A DNA stretch of 53,739 bases, filler included, from Asterionella formosa (Eukaryota): the NCBI GenBank assembly GCA_002256025.1. It is 4 parts of 4 records of this genome, joined end to end, with 100 filler letters (N's around TTAATTAATTAA, not from the genome) between each part and the next. Parts side by side here need not be neighbours in the genome. Positions count along the whole stretch, not along the records: positions 13,473 to 26,837 come from NKIB01006750.1; positions 26,938 to 40,299 come from NKIB01006754.1; 2 more parts are not named here. The stretch is one strand, 5' to 3'. The notes beneath the pieces were generated by a model. It did no database searches. It saw only the letters and a list, made by a program, of their open reading frames with translations, and was not told the origin of the DNA. The position numbers and the translations under genes are program-made. Positions 23,580 to 36,315 of this stretch are shown here, one piece after another (position 1 is the stretch's first letter; the number at the start of each line of letters is the position of its first letter).

Positions 23580-24194
23580 TTAAAAGTCCAAATCGTCAAG
23601 CTCAAACAATCTTTCTTGTTGCGGCTCCGACGACACCAGCTTTTTGACCTGTAATGAGATCAGTGGGACAACATTCTCCTTCCCGTCGTCTCGGCGAACG
23701 ACGCCGGGCACATCATCGAAGTCCACTTTCGATCCTTTTTGCGTAATCTCCCCGTCTTCATTCATCATAACGTAAAATGGTACGCTCTTGAATCCTAGTA
23801 TCTGCTTTGCTTGTTCCTTGTGCTGTGATTCCATGAAATAGTGCTGCAAATGGTTCCACCGTAAATCATCTTGCTGTTCAAGAATTTCTCGAGCACCATC
23901 AAGCTTGTCGCAACAAATCGACACAAAATGTATGTTTTCGTACCTCACATCCTTTGCCATTTCATCCAGCTTGTCGAGCGCATCAGGGCATCGCGTGCAT
24001 GTAGTAGTCCAAAAGTCTGAGTAGGTGAGGGAATGTTAGGAATGAAAAATAAGTGAAATGAACGAGAACTGACAGGAAAACGCACCAATCACTGTATTTC
24101 TTCCCCGGAATGCATCAATTGTGTTGGTGATTTGAGCTGTGTGCAGTGATACTACTGGAAGGTCAGGAAGGGAGGAGATTGAACGGACCGTCAT
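23580..24194 (-). CDS. thioredoxin-fold (TlpA/redoxin-like) protein, 181 aa; exons 24194-24086 and 24016-23580
   Basis: Intron 24085-24017 (GTGCGT..TCAG) yields VIDFWTTTCTRCPDALDKL with a CxxC motif; cis-Pro region SVPFYV. Confidence 0.88.
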
Positions 24195-24456
24195 GTTTCG
24201 AGGAGTTTGGTGTTCGAATTTTTTTCAAAAATGTCGGTGGCAAAAAAATGAGAAAACGGAAGTGATTTTCAGGGATACTGTACTCTACAATTTTCTATTC
24301 AGTGTATCCTACATCTTCACTTGTAAATGCGACTATTATAGCTGGCGCGAATCGTGAGTTTGGCTGTGCGCCACATAAACCTGCCGGTAGTCTACCATTC
24401 ATGCTCCCGGTAATATCTGTCTGCGCGTTGAAGTGTTGCGCATACATATGTACATC

Positions 24457-24585
24457 TGTACCTGGTACCTGGTACCTGGTACCGAATACAGCAAAAGAGG
24501 GCATAATCGCAGACGAGCACGCTCCGAAGTAAAGCAAAGGTGACAATTAGCTACCGGTACGACCTGGTACGACTACCGGTAGTAG
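24457..24585. repeat. GGTACC/TACCWGG cluster upstream of the thioredoxin-like gene
   Basis: gtacctggtacctggtacctggtacc and ctaccggtacgacctggtacgactaccggtag, 260-390 bp upstream of the minus-strand ATG. Confidence 0.88.
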
Positions 24586-26076
24586 CCATGTGGCGTCACA
24601 TCTACATCATACATATGTTCTGCAAGGCAGGAGTTGTGACGGTTAAAGGACTACCAGTAGGCAATGGCAGGAGAGGGTTTTGCATGTACGGATTGGCTGG
24701 GATGTAGCTAAATTTCTCATTGTTTTGCGGATTCAAGAATGGAATTGGACTACCGGTATGTGAAGGCTTCTACCGCATTCAGTCCAAATTTTTCGATCCC
24801 CTGCCACCCCCCACATGGGCAGAACAGTGCAAACCACTATCTTTGAGTCTGGTTTACTTTCACCACAATGTAGTCAGTCACACTTCATACACATGGAACA
24901 CTTCAGCTCCGGCCGCTTAGCTCCTATATGGAGAACATGGTCATGTGCAACAGCCTTGGATGAGGAAGAAATAGGCATGAATTGTCATCAGTGTCTATAC
25001 AAGCACAAGTGCAATTTCTCGTTTGTAGTCATGTACTTTAAAAGTTAATTGTGAAACATACACATGGAAAACTTCACATGATGTACAAATTCAAACAAGA
25101 TGCCAGGGCACATACAACACATTTTACCCTTCAGACTTAAAAATTGTAGGCTTATCCTCTATTTTCTCCCTATTTTGACTCCATCAAGAATTCAGGGGTA
25201 TAGTCAAAGTTGTAACTCAACAAAAATTAAAGAATTTGTGGTAAGCATTTCTTGAGCCCCTTCCCTGTAACTGCAAGAGTGATCCCTGAAATTGGTTACT
25301 CCCGCAAATCCCATAGCTACTTGTGATGAAGTTGTAATCCAGACAACATTTTGCTTATGTCATGCTTTAGAGAATTTGGCATTAGTAAATTCCTAGGTAA
25401 ATTAGTAAATCTATGATAATACATTTCTTAACTATCTTAAACAGCCAATGATAAACATCATGAAATGCAGCCATGGCTGGCAAAAAATCAAAGAAATGAG
25501 CAAGCCAGAGACCATGACGGAAGCTGAAAGCGGCACCTGTTGTTTGTAAACTGCATCTAAGAAGGCAAGTCTTTCGTTGAGATGTGAATGCAAATGGCTG
25601 GGGCGCCAGTAATTTCTCACAGGAGACACCTTGCTAGGTTGTGTAGTTTTGCGATGTTGATTTCAATCAATCATTGCTCTATCTACAAACCTAAAAATTC
25701 ACGTCAACCATAATAAAAGCCTCTATTAGACTAGCAGCTGCAGTTAGAATTGTGGCTTCAAGGAGTAGCTCTTTGCCATGCTGTATCCAATGAAACCATC
25801 ATGGTCAGCAGGCAGTCATGACATACCATAAGTGGGGTTAATTAAATCAAAAGGCAGTTTGCCATAGGAAAAGATGAACAAGCTAAAATAAAATTTTCAT
25901 GTAAGTGTCACTTTTTACTACACGTTTTAAGTACCGGTAGGTGAAATACTACCGGTAGAGCAATGCTCGAGTTTGTTCTACACATGTGAAGTGCTCCATG
26001 TGTAACTTACTTACCGGTAAACAGGTAGTACATAGCTATCATTACAAGTTTTACAAAATTCTACGAGTAAAGGTAC

Positions 26077-26250
26077 TGGGCGCGCTCTGATAATAAAAAA
26101 TTATTATATCATGTGTGTATTATAACACAAATTATTTTGGCGATTTGATACATAATAACGTCGTCACGCTCTGATAATCAAGATATTTTAGATTAGTCAT
26201 CTGACATTTTATAGAAATTTAACTTTAATTTATAACAGTTATATTTTCAT
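26077..26250 (+). mobile_element. dispersed repeat / transposon terminus (homologous to 53564-53739)
   Basis: tgggcgcgctctgataataaaaaattattatatcatgtgtgtattataacacaaattatt... shared with 53564; the sharp common left boundary suggests a TE end. Confidence 0.75.
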
Positions 26251-26592
26251 AGCGATGCATCCTCTTGCCTGGTGGTTATGCAGCCTCTTGTTCATTATCC
26301 ACATGAGTTCCATAATTTAACCACCAGTATCAGTCACTGACCAGCATGTCGGCTTAGTCTACCTCTCCTCATCTCCTGATGACAAGGATGATGCCATGAG
26401 TGAACTTAAAAAAAGAGACAGAGACATAGAAATTTCAGCTTTTCTCAAGAAGCAAGTCTTTGTTAGTCGAATCAGGCAAACAGAACTTTCACAACAAGGT
26501 ATTGCTCTCCAAGAACGACTTTTCACTCCTAAACAAAGACAGTCAGAGGAACATGCATTGTTTGTTTGCCCATGCTATGGACTGAGCCCATC

Positions 26593-26825
26593 CCATTCCC
26601 GCTTTTCAACGACAAGTTCATATCAATCCCCATAGCGATGGAGGTGAAATCAATCAAGTTTTCGATGAAATTAAAAATCAATTTCATCATAGGCAAGAGC
26701 GATTGACAGTACGCCCAACTTATTCCCGACTTTCAACGACAAGATTTTTTGTATCAATTCTTCCCATGGGGACGGAGATGAATTCAATCCAGTCTTGATG
26801 ACATTGAAAATCAATTTCAACAGCT
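26593..26825. repeat. diverged ~127-bp tandem duplication
   Basis: attcccg(c/ac)tttcaacgacaag...aaaatcaatttca occurs twice. Confidence 0.75.
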
Positions 26826-26837
26826 GCGAGAGAAATT

Positions 26838-26937
26838 NNNNNNNNNNNNNNNNNNNNNNNNNNNNNNNNNNNNNNNNNNNNTTAATTAATTAANNNNNNN
26901 NNNNNNNNNNNNNNNNNNNNNNNNNNNNNNNNNNNNN
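26838..26937. other. assembly gap spacer
   Basis: N44-TTAATTAATTAA-N44. Confidence 0.97.
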
Positions 26938-27099
26938 AGTAGGTGAACAAGCAAGGAATCTGCTGGACTGAAGATATATGTGTTAGCCATATCACAGGAT
27001 TTACTGAAATCAATAAACAAGCTTCCCCTGAGCGTCAATTGATCATATCTTTGCTGTAAGACTCCAAATTTCGACCTGGCTTGTAAGGATACACAAAGA

Positions 27100-27406
27100 A
27101 GTTTGAATCTTGATGTTTAGTATGTTGTTATCCTTCATCAATGGGACCACTGGAACTTGAGAGGACATCAACAATATTAATTCTAATTGGACTCTTTTTG
27201 AATTCAAAGTGAAGTATCTAACTAGAAGTAGTAGTATTTGTTGAATATATGAGCTTATTTGTTAATCCTTGTGTGTAACTCGTTCTCCAAGTCGACACCA
27301 AAGTATACAATGAGGGTTAGTCGAGTTCTCTCATTATTGAGTTCTGATACATATATGATATAACACTAACCCTATATACATCTGTATTGATGCGCAAGAT
27401 CGCTCA
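27100..27406 (-). mobile_element. Gypsy-family LTR copy plus adjacent internal sequence
   Basis: Minus strand begins TGAGCGATCTTGC at 27406; ends ...gatacttca followed by ctttgaattcaaaaagag; homologous to the copies at 47984, 49660 and 18208. Confidence 0.8.
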
Positions 27407-27722
27407 CCAGGTACCCACCCTGGTACCAGGTACTTACTACCGCTATAATGATCTTCAGGTTGCAACCATCAGCCACAGGTGGAAATCAGGGCAGGCACCC
27501 GGTAGTTCTATTTTCGAATACCGGGTACCGGTATACTGGCCGAGACGTTTTAGCTCAGTCTTGATTTCTTCAGATTTCTCTCTGCTGATTCGTGATCCGA
27601 ATATTGTAACTTCGCTGAACACAACGCTATCGTTTACTGTTCGTTTGCCTTTGGTCGTTCTCTTTGATAAATCCCATTACGAGATTATTAAACGCTGTAG
27701 TGCAACAAGTACAAGAGGCATC

Positions 27723-29897
27723 ATGACTATTGAGGACTGTAGGTGATGTGAATCAAGAACAGAAAAGGACGCGAGAAAATGTTTTGCGATCGTGACAAAC
27801 CTCATCATTGCGCCCTTCATTTTTTCGTTCCACAGCAGATGATGAGGCCACTTATATTGAGCCCTCAAGGGCGTTGCTCCAGCTTCGAAACGCAACCAAT
27901 GAGATTTATAGAAATGCGGAATCAAATCCCAACTATTTCGAGGAATTGAAGACTGGAATGTTTCCTTTGCACATGGCATGTCGTTACAATCGTCCACTCT
28001 GTGAACTTGAATTATTGGTTCAACAAAATTCAGATTCTGTCAAGGCAAAGGCGAATGATGGAAGGATTCCTTTGCACTATGCATGTGAGAATAATGCTCC
28101 ACTTGAAGTTTTGGAATTCTTGGTCCAACAGTATCCTGATTCTGTCAAGGAAACTGCATTTGATGGTAGTCTTCCTTTGCACTGTGCATGTTTGCATACT
28201 GACCCACTTGAAGTTTTGGAATTTTTGGTCCAACAATATCCTGATTCTGTCAAGGCAGATGATCTATTAAAGTTAGCATTTGAACATAGTGCACCAGTTG
28301 AAGTGTTGGACTTTTTTATCAAACAATATCCTGATTCCGTGAAACAACTGGATGGTTTTCTAAGACTTCCTTTACACTACGCATGTGGAAGTTATGATAA
28401 TGAACCATTAGAAGTGGTTGAATTCTTGGTCCAACAGTATCCTGATTCTGTTACCAAAACAGATAGGAGTGGATTGCTTCCATTACATATTGCATGTGAT
28501 AATAGTGTATCCCTTGAAGTGTTGGAATTCTTGGTCCGACAGTATCCTGATTCTGTCAAGGAAAAGTCGAATGATGGAAGAATTCCTTTTCACTTTGCAT
28601 GTGAGAATAATGCACCCCTTCAAGTGTTGAAATTCTTGGTCCAAATGTATCCTGATTCTGTCAAAGAAAAGCATAATTGGGGCAGACTTCCTTTGCACAT
28701 TGCATGTGACAATAATGCACCACTTGACATTTTGGAATTTTTGGTCCAACAATATCCTGGTTCTGTTAAAGAAAAGGACAAGGAACTAAAACTTCCTGTG
28801 CACTATTCATGTAAGCAAAATGCACCACTTCAAGTATTGAAATTCTTAGTCCAACAGTATCCTGATTCTCTCAAAGAAAAGGACAAACATAGAAGACTTC
28901 CTTTGGACTTGGCATGTCTGAATAATGCACCACTTCAAGAATTGAGATTCTTGGTCCAAGTGTATCTTGATTCTGTCAAAAAGCAAAAGGATAATCTTGG
29001 AAGACTTCCTTTGCACTTTGCATGTGCAAAACATGCAACTCTTGAAGTTTTGGAATTCTTTGATCCTGATTCTTTCAAGGAAAAGGATGTTCTTGGGAGA
29101 CTTTTTTGCACCATGCAGTTGAAAGAAATACACTACTTTAAGTGTTGGAATTTTTGGTTCTACAATATCCAGATTCTGTCAACACAAAGGCGAATGATGA
29201 AAGGCTTCCTCTGCACTATGCATGTGAGAGCCATGCAACACTTGAATTATTAGAATTCTTGGTCAAAAAGTGTCCTGATTCTCTCAAGGAAAAGGATATT
29301 CGTGGGAGACTTCCTTTGCACTTTGCATGTGAGAATAATGAACGTCATGAAGTGTTGGAATTCTTGGTCCAGCAATATGCTGATTCTGTCAAAGAAAGGG
29401 AAAATTGGGGCAGACTTCCTTTGCACTTTGCATGTGAGAATAATGCACCACTTCAACTGTTGGAATTCTTGGTTCAACAATATCCTGAATCTGTCAAGGA
29501 AAAAGAGAAGGATCTCAATCTTCCTTTGCACTATTCATGTAAGAAAAATGCACCACTTCAAGTGTTGAAATTCTTAGTCCAACAGAATCCTGATTCTGTC
29601 AAGGAAAAGGATAATCATAGAAGACTTCCTTTGCACTTAGCATGTGAGAATTATGCATCACTTCAAGTGTTAAAATTCTTGGTCCAATGGTATCCTGATT
29701 CTGTCAAGGAAAAGGATGATCTTGGAAGACTTCCTTTACACCATGCATGTGCAAAACATGCAACTCTTGAAGTTTTGGAATTCTTGGTCTATCAATATCC
29801 AGATGCTGTGTTGCTTGTAGACATGTTTGATAGATCATCATTGACTTATGCAACCAAAGAAAATTTTGGATTCATGCTTTTTAGCACAATGCAGTGA
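27723..29897 (+). pseudogene. ankyrin-repeat protein (~18 repeats), disrupted by a frameshift and a stop; exon 1 27723-27738, intron 27739-27835
   Basis: Repeats of GRLPLHxACENNAPLEVLEFLVQQYPDSVKEKD; GTAGGT..CACAG intron is in frame; -1 frameshift at ~29101-29107 and TAA at 29139-29141. Confidence 0.85.
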
Positions 29898-30784
29898 TCA
29901 ATAGAACTAAGGCAGTCTGATTTATAATATTTTCTATTATTTTTAAGGGGGTTTGCTTAGTTGGTTAGCATGCCTTCATAGGTGGCAGGTTTGAATGCTG
30001 CATTCTCAACCAGTCTTTTTTATGTAGTCCTTAGGGTTCTGGGGGTGGATAATGAATTAAAAAGATTTAAGTCCCCATTGTACTGTATGGAAGAATAAAA
30101 CTGGTGCTGATCCCCGTGTTCCAGCACTGAAGTTACCATGTTTGTGGGGATGATTGCAGGTTAGTAAGTAATGTTGGAGGGTAGGTAGTGTTAAATCCGA
30201 AGAAAGCTCGTGTTGTTACCTTCTATGGGATCAAAAATTGATTTTACAAACAATAATCCATCAATAGGCCTATCCATCAGCCTTATGAACTGACCAGAAT
30301 GGGGGATAACACATAGATGCTATATAAAACGTTCATCATTCCAATAGCCTCTAATTGTCTAGCAATTGTTGTTCCAATATTGGCCTCATCCATGTTACTA
30401 AAGGAGTTTTAGTTATTCATCTGGTGCAACCATCATTGATGATGCATGATACATGATTTATGATTTGCATCCAAGTACCGAGTAACACATCGCAAATCAT
30501 AAAATAATTGATCAGGTTTTTTTTTTACTATATACATAAAAAGGAAAAGATGGACAACAATCGCCTCTAAGTATTTACGCCTACTACACGTTTCCGTACC
30601 CGACATACCGGAAAAAAATTCTATTTGTACATGTCAAGTGCTCCATGTGCAAGGGTTGACTATCAATTTCAGATCTTAAGATTTGGTATGAGTACCGGAA
30701 ACGGTATGTAGGAGCACCAGATAACATTACCAAATAGAAATTCGGTAGGATAGAATGCTCAAACTCACATACAATTCAATCTAG

Positions 30785-30920
30785 CGACCTCTTAGGAAAT
30801 CGATTACGTCAAAAAACATACCGAAGAGGAAGATGACACACTTTGTTGTGCAACCTCTTAGGAAATCGATGACGTCAAAAACATCCCGAAGAGGAAGATG
30901 ACACATTTTTTTGTTGTGTG
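30785..30920. repeat. ~67-bp tandem duplication upstream of the LRR gene
   Basis: acctcttaggaaatcgat(t/g)acgtcaaaaa..ccgaagaggaagatgacaca occurs twice. Confidence 0.9.
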
Positions 30921-31022
30921 GTATCATTTTACAGTTTTTCCTCAAATTTTCAACATCAAGGGTTGATCGTCAATTTCAGATCCTAAGATTTCGGAGAGGT
31001 TGCTCACTCAAGTTGGATATAT

Positions 31023-32600
31023 ATGGTATTGTCAATCCATTGCAAAGTGAGAATGAATTTGATCCTGTCATGCGTTATCATCTTTGGTTGCGGCGCTGCA
31101 GCCAAATGGAACGTCCGAAGTTTCCTGCATGGCCTTCAGAACTCCAGTACTGCAGATTCGAACCTCCTTCGTCACGATGGTGATGGCATGCCGAGTTTGT
31201 CAATCCCTAGTTCTCCGTCAAGAGACTCACCCAACACAGTTCCAACCCATAAAGCGGTGCATGACAAAGTGGAAGGAAATGAAACATTGACACATAACAA
31301 CACACAAGTTACAACACTGACTAATAAAACGCTAGATGCATTTTCATCAATTATACGACGAGTTGCACTAGAAGCAACAACACAAACAACCAAAGCCCCA
31401 GTAACCCAAAGGCCTACCTGGGCACCAGTGACACAAAGGCCCACCTGGGCGCCAGTAACCCAAAGACCTACCTGGGCACCAGTGACACAAAGACCTACCT
31501 GGGCACCAGTAACCCAAAGACCTACCTGGGCACCAGTAACCCAAAGACCTACCAAAGACAAAACAGAAACCTCAAGACCCACTGGGGCACCAGTGACACG
31601 AAGACCCACTGGGGCACCAGTGACACGAAGACCTACTGGGGCACCAGTGACACGAAGACCCACTGGGGCACCAGTGACACGAAGACCCACTGGGGCACCA
31701 GTGACACAAAGACCCACTGGGGCACAAGTGACACAAAGACCTACTAGGGCACCAGTGACATCAGCTCCAATGACACCAGCTCCAATGACACCAGCTCCAG
31801 TGACCACTCAACCAACTAGTTTTCCTACCCTCCAGTGCATGAGCACCCAGTCAGTGGTTGTTTTGTTTGGACAAGCATATCCTTGTGACACAACTATTTT
31901 GTACTCCAATTATTTCACTGGCACTCTTCCCACAGAGATTGGACTCTTGAAAAGTCTCAATCGACTATGGTTATACAACAATTATTTCAATGGCATACTT
32001 CCCACAGAGATTGGATTCTTGACAAGTCTCACAGATCTATTTTTGGTCTCCAATAAATTCATAGGTACACTTCCTACAGAGATTGGACTCTTGAAAAGTC
32101 TCAAGATTCTATATTTGACCCTCAATACTTTTACCGGCACACTTCCCACTGAGATTGGACTCTTGACAAGTCTCACTGGTCTAGAATTGGACTACAATTC
32201 TTTCAAAGGCACACTTCCCACAGAGATTGGACTCATGACAAGTCTCACTGGTCTACACTTGTCTAGAAATACTTTCAATGGAACAATTCCCACAGAGATT
32301 GGACTCATCACAAGTCTCATGTCTCTATCTTTTGCCTCCAATTCTTTCACTGGCACACTTCCCACAGAGATTGGACTCTTTACAAGTCTCCAGTATCTAA
32401 TATTGAATGACAATACTTTTAATGGCACACTCCCCACAGAGATTGGACTTTTGACAAAACTCAGTTATCTACTTTTGTCTTCCAATAAATTTACAGGTAC
32501 TGTGCCAGCAGAGATATGGCCTGGACTTAAAGGAAGTCTCATTCGACTAGATTTGAGCAACAATTTATTCACTGGTTCAGTCCCTACTGTTTGCTGCTGA
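31023..32600 (+). CDS. secreted or surface LRR protein with a mucin-like Thr/Pro stalk
   Basis: Hydrophobic N-terminus (MNLILSCVIIFGCGAAA); 9-aa repeats APVTQRPTW and APVTRRPTG; ~10 LRRs of 24 aa (FTGTLPTEIGLLTSL). Confidence 0.9.
   Translation: MVLSIHCKVRMNLILSCVIIFGCGAAAKWNVRSFLHGLQNSSTADSNLLRHDGDGMPSLSIPSSPSRDSPNTVPTHKAVHDKVEGNETLTHNNTQVTTLTNKTLDAFSSIIRRVALEATTQTTKAPVTQRPTWAPVTQRPTWAPVTQRPTWAPVTQRPTWAPVTQRPTWAPVTQRPTKDKTETSRPTGAPVTRRPTGAPVTRRPTGAPVTRRPTGAPVTRRPTGAPVTQRPTGAQVTQRPTRAPVTSAPMTPAPMTPAPVTTQPTSFPTLQCMSTQSVVVLFGQAYPCDTTILYSNYFTGTLPTEIGLLKSLNRLWLYNNYFNGILPTEIGFLTSLTDLFLVSNKFIGTLPTEIGLLKSLKILYLTLNTFTGTLPTEIGLLTSLTGLELDYNSFKGTLPTEIGLMTSLTGLHLSRNTFNGTIPTEIGLITSLMSLSFASNSFTGTLPTEIGLFTSLQYLILNDNTFNGTLPTEIGLLTKLSYLLLSSNKFTGTVPAEIWPGLKGSLIRLDLSNNLFTGSVPTVCC
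31395..31810 (+). repeat. coding 27-bp minisatellite (two sub-arrays) plus 15-bp TPAPM repeats
   Basis: gcaccagtaacccaaagacctacctgg x~6, then gcaccagtgacacgaagacccactggg x~6. Confidence 0.95.
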
Positions 32601-34859
32601 TTTCATAGTAGTGGCCCATATGTGTAATGCACAGAATATAAACAACAATATGTAGATTGGACAATTTATAATATTTAATTTTTAGGGAGAAGTGAACAAG
32701 CTGTTTTATTTGTTTAACCCATTCAGCTTGCATCACCTTTTATATACCTATGTAGGTATTGCAAAATGTTTTGGTTGGAACATTACTAATGTAGCGTATG
32801 AATAGGCAGACTATTTTTCAGTACATAATATGCAACAATGTCACATTGCATGTACATTGCATGACTGCTCCTGCATGCTATTTTAAATCAAGGACATTCC
32901 AATTGGAGAATGTCAACTGCAAATTCATGACATGCCTAACTAAATGACATTGAAATTTTATAATGGACAATACCACAATCTCCCAAAAATTTGTCATCAA
33001 GAAGTTGAGAGCTATTATCAGCAACAAAGCCTCCCCTGGCTGCAATGAAGCACATCCATGATACCTTTCAAAGAACAGTAAACCATACAGTTCATTCTAA
33101 ACAACATAGTGGGAGTACCGGTACATATTCTACCATGGTATTATACTATTGATCTTCAGCCAGGTTGCAACTATCAGCCACAGGCGGAAATCAGGGCAGG
33201 TACCCTAGAATTCCAAACTTTCTACCTTCGCTAAACATTTAACTGAATATGCAAAATAACTCTTGCCAGGTATTTTACCATCATATCTTTTCACTACAAT
33301 AACCCAGGTCAATGATAGTGACAGGAAATTTCAGGAAACACAAGAGGGGAGGATGGAATGTGGGGGTATTAATCTGCTTGACAATATTTTTGCTGACGAA
33401 GCATCATACACTTTGTTACGACCCTAGTATAGTGCTAAGAATGAGGAGCATAAGTAAGTGATACAGTTGAGAGAATTGAACAGGTGTCCTCTTATTATCG
33501 GTATCAACGAAATGTGAAGAAGCCAATGGAAATGCACAAATTTTAAGAAGGTGTGCATACAATGGGGATCCAACCAAGAATACCAGTATGAAAGTGATTT
33601 GAGTGGCAGCAGCAATGACAATGCTGAGACTCATCAGAGTCATCAGCAAATGATAAAGAAGAATCAGCCGCAACAAGTACCAGTATCGAAGGCGCTGAAT
33701 ATCTGTAAGAGAAATCCAGCCAATATCGATGAAAATACCAGGTTCGAAAAAGGTGTGCGATTATAAACAAATGGAGATAAAGAGAGGGAACTTAGTAAAG
33801 CTGTGACAAGTACAAATACCAACAACAGTTACAACACAATGCAGCTCAAATTATATAGAATGCAGGAGTTCAGAACTTGCAGTCGGAAACACAAGAAATT
33901 CATGAGACACTAGCACAAATGTTCACAATGATGAAACAACTCCATCAACTGCACCTGACAACTACCTAATCAAGAGAAATTGAACCAAAAAAGTAATAAA
34001 CAGCATGCCACTTATGCATCTAATTTGGACCGCACTGATGATGCAATTCAGGTGATGAGTAGCTTATGCGATTTTCCAAATGGACTAGAAGTATATTAAG
34101 TTGCTCACGGAACAATATTTCAAGAAACATACAACAAAACAGGTCAGAAGAGGCCATTCAAAACAACAAAGTATCACCAACAACAGCGATAAGGGGAAGA
34201 GAGAATTTGAAGGAGAAATAAATGAATACAGGGCGGTATAAACTATGATCGTCAGTGGTCACAACACTGGGGGGAGGGGCTTCCAGGGGGAGAAAGGCGT
34301 CACGACAATGATGTTTGCTTTATTTTCTAGAACATGAACGTAATCACAAGCCAGTATGTTCATGTACACGCCGAAATTCAAAGTAACCAGATGCAAATGG
34401 ATAGTCAATTGACAGGAACGTGTGAAATGAATGGCAATTGGCGATTTAAGGTTTTCGGGATAAATGGGAAAAGAGATTATCAACAGGAAACACGGAGCTT
34501 AAGTTTAGTTACACATCATTTAATGAAGGCACAGACGCGCTGTGACAACGTGGAGGGGTTGACATGTTCTGTACATCACGTTTTCACTCATGAGTACTAT
34601 AACGTGGCTCAGATAAGGAAATGGGGAGATGGATAAGATTGTGTTTTAAAGGGACAGCTGAGTTCTACTTTTTAGTGATAAGAGCATACCGAGTAAGTCA
34701 AAAAACATATTCAGGACTAGGTATGGAGACGGCTTATAGTATGCACCATGAATGGAGGAAACTGAAGGTATTTCGGAGCACAAACTGAAATCCAAGATAG
34801 GAATTTTGGAAGTGATCTATGTCACAGGTACAATTCTTTCAAGAATACGGTGATGAGAA

Positions 34860-36315
34860 GATTGTAATGCTTGATGCAAAGAATGCGGACTTTGATTATG
34901 CAGGCTTTTTAACATTGGTATCTGACACGCAAATGGTAGACCTCCATGAGGATTTACACACAATAGATATGCCAACGACGTAAAAACAAAGCAAGAACCT
35001 ACAGCACAACATAGCCAGTGCGGGACTTGACTGAAATGGGATCTTGATTATTTTCAACAGCAAAAAGACCCGCAAAATCGGCATCGACATAACAATCCAC
35101 CCTTTGTGTGTTTGTTGGCTTCAACAGAAGCCCCATGGTTTTTGTTTTCTGCAAAAAGCGAAGAATGCGGCAAACAGCAATAGCATGAGAATGACGTTGG
35201 GCATAGGAGAATCTAGTGGCTTGATGAACAGCATAAGCGATATTCCCAGGTACATTGAAGAATGAGTGTTGCAATCTCCATTTGCATGGCTTTAATGTAC
35301 TCTTCTGAATTTTCGCCATGAATAGCCTGATGAAACGTAGGAAAATCAGGGTCAACCTTGCGGCGTGTTTTGGCTGCATACACTCGAAGGTCAATAATGT
35401 TGTGAATACCTGTGTCAAAACAGGTAAGTAATTCTGCTGAATATGCCAGTTGTTTCTTGTAGAAACTGTCATGCTTGGTTTGATCCAGCATGGTCAAATA
35501 TATTTTGTCAATATATTTTGTACAATTATAATGACCCTTATTTGTTCTTTCAGATCGTCAAACTGCTGGCACTGGTGGTGAAGAGTGGGGTGAACTTGCA
35601 ATAGGATTGATTGCTCATAGAATCTGGTATGTGTTTTGTGTGTACACTATCAGTGCTGAGTGGGACAGGTGTTTTAGGAGGAGGTATTGGAGCAGATGCT
35701 CCCTCTAAAATGCCGATATTTTGTTCTGCTGGTGTTGATGGTCCTTCAGGTGGTAAAGCTGCCATAATGAAGTGTGTAGGGGAAAATGTGGTACAAATCT
35801 GCTGTTGTCGATGCAGCTCCCTCTGTTTTTGTGCTTGTTTATCTGAATTGAGCCAGTCGTCTTGAAGATGTATTGGTGTTTCAGTGTTTGAATCGTTTGG
35901 TATGTAGGTTGTATTTTCCAGACACAAATCGTCCCAGTATTCAGGAGGTTCTTCACCTTTTCCAATTGACGCCACCGTGGAGAAACTGTCGTCAAAAACC
36001 ACATGATATTGAGTGGTAATACTTCCAATTTGCAAATTAAGGACCAAGAGGACTTCACTGGAGTGAATGGAGCTAAATCCAAGGAACACACCTCGTCGTC
36101 ATCGTGGTTGCCATCTAGGCAATTTCTTCCCAGACTGAAGAGTTGGGTCAAGAACATACACTGGACATCCCCAAGTGTGAAGATCTCGAAGACGATGTCT
36201 GGGAATTGTGCTTCCAGTGTAGAGATCAGCTGAGCAAAGGAAATGATTATTTGGTGCATGATTGTAAAGGTGCACAGCATAAGTAACTGCCATAGGCCAA
36301 AGTGTGCTGTCAATT
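34860..36315 (-). mobile_element. Ty1/Copia (CoDi-like) pol remnant: integrase C-terminus, deleted RT, RNase H start
   Basis: LWPMAVTYAVHLYN, WGCPVYVLDPTLQSGKKLPRWQPR, FLGFS..QYHVVFDDSF, AMQMEIATL, IAYAVHQATRF and CYVDADFAG..SRTGYV; frameshifts. Confidence 0.92.
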
